From: Opitutales bacterium | GTDB taxonomy: Bacteria > Verrucomicrobiota > Verrucomicrobiia > Opitutales > PNEW01 | Direction of reading: 5' to 3' | NCBI GenBank assembly: GCA_965197745.1 | Contig: CBDANS010000007.1 | Location: 1,312,001 to 1,376,000 of the forward strand | Length of the DNA stretch: 64,000 nt | In this document: positions 55,357-64,000 of the stretch, in pieces | Layout: the number at the start of each line of letters is the position of its first letter | Numbering within the stretch: the stretch's first letter is position 1 | Translations under genes and position numbers: made by a program | The notes under the pieces: model-generated | The model's database searches: none | What the model saw: the letters and a program-made list of their open reading frames with translations, nothing else | What the model was told of the DNA's origin: nothing

Positions 55357-56856
55357 ATGGAAGAATTGCCCTCATTCAGCGTTTTTAATTACACTATATG
55401 TGCTGTTTATCTGGCTGTAATGTTCAGCATCGGGTTATGGCTGGCTGGAAAGCAGAAGACGACAGAAGACTACTTCCTCGCGGGTCGAAAAATGCCATGG
55501 ATTATCGTTGCCATGAGTATGTTCGCCTCGCTTACGAGCGCGGCTTCCTTTATCGGAATGCCGGGGCTCGCTTATCGAGAAAATATTTCTCAAATTGCTG
55601 TTGGGGTTGTTAGTGTTCTTGCCGCTCCCTTTTTTATCTATCTTTTTTATCCTTTTTATCGACGGCTCCGCGTAACCACTACTTACGAATACATAGGGTT
55701 TCGCTACGGGAGACCCGGTCGCTATGCTGTATCGGGATTGTTTGTGCTGCTGCGTTTATCCTGGCTTGGCATCGTCATCTACTCCCCCTCTCTTGCCTTA
55801 TCGGTAGCGACCGGGGTTAACCTTTATCTCGCAATTCTTCTCATGGGCGTTCTCGCCACCACCTATACAGTCCTCGGTGGCCTGTCCGCGGTACTGTGGA
55901 CTGATGCTATTCAATTCATCCTCCTTGTGGGCGGGGCAATCTGGGTGTCGATAAGTTTACTTTACGCCGTTCCCGATGGGTGGGCTGGTATTATTACCAT
56001 CGCCAGCGAAACAAACCATTTGAATGTATTCACCTGGAAAATCAGCATTTTTGAGATGAGTGCTACGGCCGTTGCTTTCACTACTTTCATTGGGTTTTTT
56101 CTAGGCTACGGGATTGACCAGGTTACGGTGCAAAGGCTTTTAGCGACAAAAAAATTCAGTGGGATGGTAAAGGCTACGGTGGTAAACTCATTCATCGATT
56201 TGATCATCGTCGGTATTTTAATTTTTATCGGAATAGGCATGTTCGCCTTTTATCACCATTTTCCTGAGCAAGCCTCCGAGGAAATGAAAGGAGATAGAGT
56301 GCTGCCTTTTTACATTATGCAGAATCTTCCTGACGGGGTATCCGGACTCCTCATCACAGCCATCTTTGCGGCCGCGATGTCGAGTATGGATTCAGGGATA
56401 AATTCGGTCTCTACTGTCATCGTTAACGATTTTGTTAAACCATTGCGCCGCAAAGCCAGGACTGAACATCAAGATGTACAGTTAGCGCGTATCCTTACTT
56501 TTGTCTTGGGAGTATTAGCGGTTATTGTAGCCTGTTATGTTACAACAATAGGAGAAATTATTAAAGCCGGCGGGACTCTCATGAGCCTTTTTGCGGGACC
56601 AATTCTTGGCCTTTTTCTACTTGGCATATTCACTCAGCGTGCAAATATTCTGGGATGGGTTATAGGTACTGCCATCGCCATACCCGCTACTCTCTGGTTA
56701 CAACACAATACGGAAGTCCATTTTATTTATTACGAGTTTTTCTGTTTATGTGTAAACCTGATAATTACCTATCCTGCCAGTCTCATTTTTGGCGGGGAAA
56801 AAGCACCGAAAAAATTTACACTCAAGGGAAGGTCGGAATTAAATGCAGGTGAATAG
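55357..56856 (+). CDS. Sodium:solute symporter (SSS family)
   Basis: DYFLAGR, YTVLGGLSAVLWTD, VQRLL, AAAMSSMDSGINS. Confidence 0.93.
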   Translation: MEELPSFSVFNYTICAVYLAVMFSIGLWLAGKQKTTEDYFLAGRKMPWIIVAMSMFASLTSAASFIGMPGLAYRENISQIAVGVVSVLAAPFFIYLFYPFYRRLRVTTTYEYIGFRYGRPGRYAVSGLFVLLRLSWLGIVIYSPSLALSVATGVNLYLAILLMGVLATTYTVLGGLSAVLWTDAIQFILLVGGAIWVSISLLYAVPDGWAGIITIASETNHLNVFTWKISIFEMSATAVAFTTFIGFFLGYGIDQVTVQRLLATKKFSGMVKATVVNSFIDLIIVGILIFIGIGMFAFYHHFPEQASEEMKGDRVLPFYIMQNLPDGVSGLLITAIFAAAMSSMDSGINSVSTVIVNDFVKPLRRKARTEHQDVQLARILTFVLGVLAVIVACYVTTIGEIIKAGGTLMSLFAGPILGLFLLGIFTQRANILGWVIGTAIAIPATLWLQHNTEVHFIYYEFFCLCVNLIITYPASLIFGGEKAPKKFTLKGRSELNAGE

Positions 56857-57131
56857 ATGGACCCGGCTATTTTCGAATGCGGATATGGGATTTCGGATTT
56901 TTCTATTATTTGCAAGTCTCGTAATCGAGGGTTTATTCGATGACTAACATTGTGACATTATTTTGGGGCATCGCCGAAGAAGTGAACCTTCGTCCCACAG
57001 TAGAGGGACTACGCCGTGGCAAGCAGACCAGTAGCTGTTGCATTAATATCACCTAATTTAAATTTATAAAACATACCCTTATTTGAAAGGCCTGAACGGT
57101 GACTTGTAATCGTATATACAATGTCTATTTG

Positions 57132-57246
57132 CCTGGATTGCTTCGTCGTTTCACTTCTCGCAATGACAAAGGGATGAGCAGGCAGCGTGTTTTAATTACA
57201 CTCCTATTGTCATTGCGAGGCTGCTTGTCAGCCGTGGCAATCCAGG
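57132..57246. repeat. Inverted pair of GTCATTGCGAG...GCAATC REP-like palindromic units
   Basis: CCTGGATTGC...CTCGCAATGACA and TGTCATTGCGAG...GCAATCCAGG, seen directly. Confidence 0.8.
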
Positions 57247-57520
57247 AGGATGTCTGTTGCATATCGTTAGCCTCCGAATGGTGAGGTTCACCTTTAATCG
57301 AACGATTGCATGGGTATAATTTAAAGTATCTTACTCATGTTTCTTAGCAACTATCATCAGACTTCGTTTCGCTTCTGCGAGACGAAGCCATGGCGGGACG
57401 AAGACGAAGATATAATTAAGGGATGTCGTAGTGCCGGTGCTCAATTGGATAAGCCAGTAATTATAATACTTGAAAAAGCGCATGGCGCGTTCATTCTATA
57501 GCTGCTTAAAATTTATTTAA

Positions 57521-58664
57521 ATGATACTTGATACCGAAATACGCTCAAAAATTGATGAAATAAATCGGCGGGCAGGATACCTATGGAGGTATCTTTGACG
57601 CCGAAGGTAAGCTTGGCGAAATAGCGAAAATTGAAGCAGAGATGGGGCAACCCACTTTTTGGGATAATCACGAAAATGCTCAAAAAAAAGCATCTCAGGT
57701 AAGTCAGCTCAAGCAAGTCATTAATCCTGTTATCGAGTTCCGTAAACAGGTGGAGGATCTCAAAGCAATGGAGGAACTTGTAGCGGAAGGATCAGATGAA
57801 GAAGCGCAGGAATTATTAATGGAAATTGAACCCATTACGGCAAAGCTTGCTGATGTTATAGGGAGCCTGGAAGTAAAATCATTTTTGAGTGGCCCCCATG
57901 ATCGATGCAACGCGATTATGGGCATCCATGCCGGGGCTGGAGGCACGGAGTCCTGCGATTGGGCAGAAATGCTTTTACGTATGTATACGCGCTGGAGTGA
58001 ACGCCATGGTTTCGAAGTTACGATACAGGATATGCAATCGGGTGAAGAAGCGGGAGTCAGCCGCGTCGCTATGCACATAGCAGGTGAAAACGCTTATGGT
58101 TATGCAAAAGCAGAACGCGGCGTGCATCGACTGGTCCGCATTAGTCCATTTGACTCGAACCGCCGCCGGCATACTTCCTTTTGTGCCGTTGATGTCATTG
58201 CCGAAATCGAGGATGACGCTGACATCGATATTATAGATGATGAATTGCGAATAGATACTTACCGTTCGAGCGGAAAGGGCGGACAACACGTAAATAAATC
58301 AGATACGGCAGTGCGCATTACTCATTTACCTACGGGTATTGTTGTTGCCTGTCAAAATGAACGATCGCAGTATAAAAATAAAGCGACTGCGATGAAAGTG
58401 TTGAAATCACGTATCTTTGAGAAAATGGAAGATGAAAAACGTGCGGAGCGAGATAAATTTTACGGTGAAAAAATTGAAATTGGTTGGGGAAATCAGATAC
58501 GCAGCTATGTTTTTCAACCCTATCAAATGGTTAAAGATTTACGCACCTCGGTAGAAACTTCCAATATTCAGGAAGTAATGGATGGAGATATAGACCGCTT
58601 TATTAACGCCTGGCTGCGCGCCGGCTGTCCCACCGCCCGGAATAAGACAGACAATAACGATTAA
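57521..58664 (+). CDS. prfB: Peptide chain release factor 2 with programmed +1 frameshift at CTT-TGA-C (57593-57599)
   Basis: Upstream frame [25 protein letters not shown], internal SD GGAGGT, CTTTGAC; SPF and GGQ motifs downstream. Confidence 0.97.
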
Positions 58665-58671
58665 GGTTCTC

Positions 58672-60081
58672 GTGAAAGCAACAGCAAATAGCTACGAAGA
58701 AATTCGTAAGGCATTGGAACAACAGCCATTGTTTGAGGATAAAACATGGCAGTTATCACCTGAGCCTTTCACCCTTACTGGGGATGAAGTGTCTATAATA
58801 GATGATATAGGGAAAGCCTGTTTAGAATTTTATCGTGCACTGGAATTACTCTATATACGCTCTGTTGAAGATAAGAATCTTCTACGCAATAAACCGCTCA
58901 AAGCTCCATGGGTTGCAGAGTACCTTGACCGTGGTAAACCCGAGAAACTTATCAAACATGCGCGTTCCAAGCGATCACGTGGAGAAATGCCACTCGTCAT
59001 ACGGCCAGACTTAATATCTACCGATGACGGCTTTGCCCTTACCGAAATCGATTCTGTTCCAGGGGGAATCGGATTAACGGCTTTTCTCGCGCGGTTATAC
59101 TATAAGGACGGAGTAAAATTAGTTGGCGATGCAGATAGAGATAGCATGATTCTCGCTTTTTATGAAGCCCTGGCCGCACGGGTGGAAGGGGAAACGCTTC
59201 CTCTTATCGCGATTCTTGTCAGTGATGAAGCGAACACTTATCGGCCGGAGATGCAGTGGTTGGCTGATATGCTTCAAAAAAAGGGAAAGCGTGTCTATTG
59301 TTTTCATCATAGTGAAATCTTACCATTGGGTAATACACTATGCGCTTCCGTTGATGGAAATCCGGAAAAAATTGATATCATCTACCGTTTCTGGGAACTG
59401 TTCGATCTTGCTAATGTGCCCCTGGCAGAATTCATTCTCGAAGCCTGGGAGGACTCGCAACTCGTAGTGACTCCGCCTATGCGCCATTTTCAAGAGGAAA
59501 AACTGTCAATGGTGTTGTTTCACCATCATTTACTGGATGTTTTCTGGAAAGAAAACCTTTCAAAATCTTCGTTCAGGTTACTCTCAAAAATCATCCCTAA
59601 ATCATGGGTCATGGATCCCGTTGATATTCCTCCTAATGCAGTATTGGAGGGGCCTGCAATTGGGGGTAAGCCCATTTCATCCTGGGAGCAGTTGGGGGAA
59701 GCATCACAAAAAGAGCGCAACCTTATCATCAAAATGAGTGGTTTCCATGAGGAGGCCTGGGGGGCACGCAGTGTCGTGCTCGGGAGTGATGTATCAGGCG
59801 CTGACTGGATAAAAGAGATCAATAATGCGCTACAATCAAGTGATCGAAATCTTTTTGTGCTTCAGGAATACCATAAGCCAAAACGCCTGCAACATACCCT
59901 ATACAAAGCATCGGGTAATGTCGAAGTAGTCGATGGCCGGTTACGGTTAGGCCCTTATTACTTTGTCAATAATAATAATACTAAACTGGGTGGAATACTC
60001 GCTACATTTTGCCCCGCTGATAAAAAAATAATTCATGGTATGCGTGATGGCGCTATGCTTCCATGTCAAGTGCATGGTTGA
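58672..60081 (+). CDS. Hypothetical protein, probably a circularly permuted ATP-grasp (glutathionylspermidine-synthase-like) ligase
   Basis: IRPDL....GF.LTEIDSVPGG, IYRFWE, EEKL, IIKMSG...WGARSV, VLQEY. Confidence 0.5.
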   Translation: MKATANSYEEIRKALEQQPLFEDKTWQLSPEPFTLTGDEVSIIDDIGKACLEFYRALELLYIRSVEDKNLLRNKPLKAPWVAEYLDRGKPEKLIKHARSKRSRGEMPLVIRPDLISTDDGFALTEIDSVPGGIGLTAFLARLYYKDGVKLVGDADRDSMILAFYEALAARVEGETLPLIAILVSDEANTYRPEMQWLADMLQKKGKRVYCFHHSEILPLGNTLCASVDGNPEKIDIIYRFWELFDLANVPLAEFILEAWEDSQLVVTPPMRHFQEEKLSMVLFHHHLLDVFWKENLSKSSFRLLSKIIPKSWVMDPVDIPPNAVLEGPAIGGKPISSWEQLGEASQKERNLIIKMSGFHEEAWGARSVVLGSDVSGADWIKEINNALQSSDRNLFVLQEYHKPKRLQHTLYKASGNVEVVDGRLRLGPYYFVNNNNTKLGGILATFCPADKKIIHGMRDGAMLPCQVHG

Positions 60082-60368
60082 ATTATTTTTGATATGATGA
60101 CATACAGGAAATCTTCGTCTGCGTCCTTTAAATATCTAGAAAATTATTCCTTATAATTCTCAGCGGCCACGACGGAGCGTGACCGCCTGGAAGTTTGAGC
60201 TATAATCTCAGATTTACCCCAACAATTAATAAGTACCAATTTCTGTATGCCTCTTGTCGGTTACAATCTGATGGGAAGAGAGGCTTATGAGTCCTTCCGA
60301 GAATGGGTCCTTAAAATTACCCTATAATAAAAAAGAACTCAATTTGGGACGAAGACGGAAAAGAATAC

Positions 60369-61559
60369 TTACTCTATATTCTGATCCTGCTGTAAAAGAG
60401 CATTTTGTTCACGCATGGTTACGACCCATTCATGCATCACTGATTCAGGGACTTTTTTCGCGTCCGATATACTCAATGGAATTCCTGTAATGGTATTATC
60501 AGGAGTAAAGGTGGCTTTTTCGATTCTGGTCGTAGTTATTCTAAGCGTATCTTTATACCCGTCATTAAAATTAATCTGTAAACCATCTTTAATCAGTGTC
60601 CATCGACCCGGTACTTTAATAATACCTTCATTAAGCTTAAATTTAATACGTGAAGCTTTACCCCAAGATTCAATTTGCAGGAAATAGCGATAGGCATCGA
60701 TATCTCCCACTTCCCAGAAACCAAGGAAACTTTCGCCGCTCGCCAATTTTGGTTTTCCAAAAGTGAAATAATCCTTAGCTTTCTCAGAGCCCATTCTTTT
60801 TACCAGTGCCGTATTGTCAGAATCGGTTCCAAAGCTCCCTTCCTTATCGGCTGCCTCATAAGTATAGCCTTCCGATGTGCTGGAAATCTTTCCTTCTATT
60901 TTCTGATTCATCAAAATAATAGCTTCTCCATTATTTTCCATCCATGTCCCTTCCTCAATGGTCATTTCGCGTTTTGAAGGTAGAGCCATTTCCGCACTAC
61001 CACCGCGTTTGAGAAAAAGATAAAAAATATTGTCCCGAGATATTTCAACCTCCCAGAAACCGATAAACTCACTTCGGGTGGGAGTGGACACCGCCGTATC
61101 GATTTGAACATAAGTATCACTCTCATTTGTAATATGTGGGGTATCAGTTGTGAGGTTACCGACCAAATTACGGCTGACACGTTTAGCCCTCAAAGTGCTT
61201 TCGGATTTTCCCTCAAGAGGGACTCCCGGCAGATAGGCTTCTTTAAAATAGTCATCACCCTTTCTCTCGAAGACATCGTGATATCCATTGGGCCAGGTAA
61301 TAACAATTCGATTTCCATCCGTAACCCACTCACCTTTATCAATCTTATTGCTGACTGCTCCCGACCAAAATGAGGAAACGCGCCCCGCTTTTTTAATGAT
61401 TAAATAAAAGGTGTCTCCCGTATCATCTTTAAATGCCCAGAACCCAATTAATGCAGCTGGGTTGAATGCGGGTGTGGGGTTTCCTGTTTGCGCGACCGAA
61501 TAATTAGCGGCAGTGAGCAGGATTAATGGGCAGATTGCCAATAAAATTACAGGCTTCAT
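60369..61559 (-). CDS. Secreted protein with three internal beta-rich repeats
   Basis: Signal peptide; three (L/F)(I/L)GFW...(F/Y)(Y/F)L.....G...G.W units. Confidence 0.7.
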   Translation of the reverse strand: MKPVILLAICPLILLTAANYSVAQTGNPTPAFNPAALIGFWAFKDDTGDTFYLIIKKAGRVSSFWSGAVSNKIDKGEWVTDGNRIVITWPNGYHDVFERKGDDYFKEAYLPGVPLEGKSESTLRAKRVSRNLVGNLTTDTPHITNESDTYVQIDTAVSTPTRSEFIGFWEVEISRDNIFYLFLKRGGSAEMALPSKREMTIEEGTWMENNGEAIILMNQKIEGKISSTSEGYTYEAADKEGSFGTDSDNTALVKRMGSEKAKDYFTFGKPKLASGESFLGFWEVGDIDAYRYFLQIESWGKASRIKFKLNEGIIKVPGRWTLIKDGLQINFNDGYKDTLRITTTRIEKATFTPDNTITGIPLSISDAKKVPESVMHEWVVTMREQNALLQQDQNIE

Positions 61560-61755
61560 GAATAATTTTAAGAATTATCACACATACTCATGTATGGCTA
61601 TGAAAAGTCAGCCTTAAATTAATTTCTCTGCAATTACGCCATGAAATTGTTCATAAATTGTATAGCTGAAAGATAAAGCATGAGTCCAACCGGAAATGAC
61701 TATAACTACATGACAATGTTCCCGGAAACGAGGAATTGATTGATAGGATAGGCTC

Positions 61756-62526
61756 TTAGTTGCCAATTTTCGAATAATTTAAAATAGAGTAGGAAATTGA
61801 TCCCTCGTTGATGCATTGACGGTCAGTAAAATTACCCTCAGGCAGGGAGTCTAGACTATGATGATAGGAAAACTGATATGTTCCATTACCGGTGTCTTGG
61901 AAAAAACCGCCAAGTCCACGAATTTCCGGAAAGGTATGTTTAATGGGCGTGTTTTCTGTTAGGGGGTAGGGGAAATTTATATTATGAACAATCAGATCAT
62001 TTTCGGGTTTACCTGCTAGTTTTAATGTAAATTCAGCTGAAAGCGTTGCTGCAGTCCTTAAAGTGGATTCGAATTCTTCGTTATAGCGACCGTTGTTTGC
62101 TTTAACCTGATCAAAAATATCTCTGGGGACAACGAGAGAAAAGGCGAGCGCCGGTAACCCCCAAAACGCCCCCTCGACTGCACCTGCCACCGTTCCGGAA
62201 CACAAAATTAAAGGCAGCGTTGTGTTATAACCGACATTAATGCCTGAAACGATAATATCGGGTTTCTCATCGAGTAGATTCCCCAGAGCAATATTTACGC
62301 TATCACTGGGAGTGCCGTCAACTGACCATGCGGGGCAAGCCAAATCATTGTACTTTTCCACTTTAACGGAACGATAACGACTCATCCCCTTACTGATCCA
62401 ACTTTGTTCTGATTTTGGTGCCGCTACAATAACAGAGAAATGTTCCTGTAGTGCTGCAACGAGTGCATGAAGGAAAAAACAACCTACACCATCATCGTTG
62501 GTAACGAGAACTGTGGGTTTCTTCAT
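61756..62526 (-). CDS. surE: 5'/3'-nucleotidase SurE
   Basis: LVTNDDG, GTPSD, SGINVG, SGTVAGAVEG. Confidence 0.95.
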   Translation of the reverse strand: MKKPTVLVTNDDGVGCFFLHALVAALQEHFSVIVAAPKSEQSWISKGMSRYRSVKVEKYNDLACPAWSVDGTPSDSVNIALGNLLDEKPDIIVSGINVGYNTTLPLILCSGTVAGAVEGAFWGLPALAFSLVVPRDIFDQVKANNGRYNEEFESTLRTAATLSAEFTLKLAGKPENDLIVHNINFPYPLTENTPIKHTFPEIRGLGGFFQDTGNGTYQFSYHHSLDSLPEGNFTDRQCINEGSISYSILNYSKIGN

Positions 62527-62656
62527 TTTAGATGATTCTGGTTTGCGTGCATTTTATAAAACCTGTGAGCAGAAAATATATCAATCAATGTTTCGGTGAG
62601 CAGGGAATCACCTTATGAATTTAAGGATAATAAGATAAGGTTTATTCGCTCATTTC

Positions 62657-64000
62657 CTAATCATGGGGAGCGTTGTCTCTATGACTGCGAGGACTACGAC
62701 TGTCTCGGCGATCACCCCGGCGTGGACGACGGTCATCCCCGCGGTTGGGGGCGCGACGCGGTTTCTCTTCGACGGGACGGCCTTCCCGTTCAGCCATGGC
62801 AATACGACGGCTTAAGCGAACGCGACCCCGATCATCAGCGTCAATGCATTTAACCCACATTTCGTCACCCATTTTACAAATATCTTCAGGATTATCGACG
62901 TGGAAATCGGCTAATTCGGAAACGTGCACGAGACCTTCCTTCCCCGGCAGACACTCAACAAAAACGCCGAACTCTTTGATCCCTCGAACAATTCCGTTAT
63001 ATAATTTACCAACTTCGATTTCTCCAGTGGCGAGTTCAACTTCTTCGATCGCACGTTGCAGGGAAAGCTCGTTATTGGCATAAATAAAGACTTTTCCGCT
63101 ATTATCTTCATGAATGTTAATTTCGGCCCCACTCACTTCAGTGACACGGCGAATATTTTTACCTCCTGGTCCAATAAGCGCGCCGATCTTTTCCGGATCG
63201 ATTTGCATCTGATGAATACGAGGAGCATGCTCTTTCAACTCTGATCGTGGTTCAGTGATTTCTTCCGCCATGATTTCGAGAATGTTCAATAATGATTTCC
63301 GATTTTGGGCGATCGCTTCCTTTGCGATTTCAAAAGGTAATCCTTCAATTTTAAGATCGAGTTGAAATCCGGTGATTCCTTTTTTCGTGCCGCAAATCTT
63401 GAAATCCATATCGCCAAAGTGGTCTTCACTTCCAATGATATCAGTGAGCACTACATGTTTGGTTATCTTTCCCGAATCATCGCTTTGACTGACCAGCCCT
63501 ACGGAAATTCCGGCAACCATGTCTGTGATAGGAACACCGGCGTCCATAAGGGCAAGACACCCACCGCATACCGAGGCCATAGAGGTGGAACCGTTGGATT
63601 CCATTATCTCAGATACAAGCCGCAGGGTATAGGGAAACTCATCTTCAGTGGGAATGACCGGCAGGAGTGAACGTTCAGCAAGCGCCCCATGACCGATTTC
63701 ACGACGCCCCGGTCCCATATTTCGTCCGGTCTCACCAACGGAATAATGGGGAAAATTATAGTGTAAAATAAATGATTTGGAGCGTGTCCCACCTGTCAAG
63801 CCATCCATGTCTTGTCCGTCAGAGGTTGTTCCCAGGGTGGTAATGACAATATTCTGAGTTTCTCCCCGTTGAAAAAGAGCGGAACCGTGCACGCGCGGAA
63901 GGACTCCAGCCTGACAGGTAATGGCGCGTAAATCTTGAGGTCCTCTGCCGTCAGCGCGCTTACCTTTTTCTAAAATATTATTTCGGTAAACTTCTTCCTG
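62657..64000 (-). CDS. pnp: Polynucleotide phosphorylase, 5' partial
   Basis: [25 protein letters not shown] (IGPGGK) and S1 domains; the frame runs off the window. Confidence 0.98.
   Translation of the reverse strand, partial: QEEVYRNNILEKGKRADGRGPQDLRAITCQAGVLPRVHGSALFQRGETQNIVITTLGTTSDGQDMDGLTGGTRSKSFILHYNFPHYSVGETGRNMGPGRREIGHGALAERSLLPVIPTEDEFPYTLRLVSEIMESNGSTSMASVCGGCLALMDAGVPITDMVAGISVGLVSQSDDSGKITKHVVLTDIIGSEDHFGDMDFKICGTKKGITGFQLDLKIEGLPFEIAKEAIAQNRKSLLNILEIMAEEITEPRSELKEHAPRIHQMQIDPEKIGALIGPGGKNIRRVTEVSGAEINIHEDNSGKVFIYANNELSLQRAIEEVELATGEIEVGKLYNGIVRGIKEFGVFVECLPGKEGLVHVSELADFHVDNPEDICKMGDEMWVKCIDADDRGRVRLSRRIAMAEREGRPVEEKPRRAPNRGDDRRPRRGDRRDSRSPRSHRDNAPHD

Overview
Bacterial chromosomal window, probably from a marine Verrucomicrobiota (Opitutales-like) organism; the taxonomy is inferred from protein style and not proven. 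Core genes (aroE, yggS, a LysR regulator, copA, hisI, prfB with its programmed +1 frameshift, surE, pnp, katG, tmRNA, tRNA-Pro(GGG), tRNA-Lys(TTT)) are interleaved with a heavily rearranged accessory region. That region holds seven PhyH-family Fe/2OG dioxygenases, two sulfatases, two beta-propeller hydrolase-like proteins, an amidase, a copper amine oxidase, a truncated restriction-modification gene, two tyrosine integrases, an ADOP-type permease, two tandem Ig-containing surface proteins and five IS3-family copies of two types. The most unusual signal is a family of 32-43 nt GNA-triloop hairpin elements (core CGAGGAGCGAAGCGACGA). They are inserted at conserved Glu codons in the catalytic core of the transposase in four of the five IS3 copies, including the same codon in two different IS types. 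The only copy without an insert has an intact OrfB. The core matches a free-standing REP-like palindrome at 57.1 kb, and a different 41-nt hairpin element shows a filled-versus-empty site pair. The window also contains several short head or tail remnants of paralogous genes flanking gene blocks.
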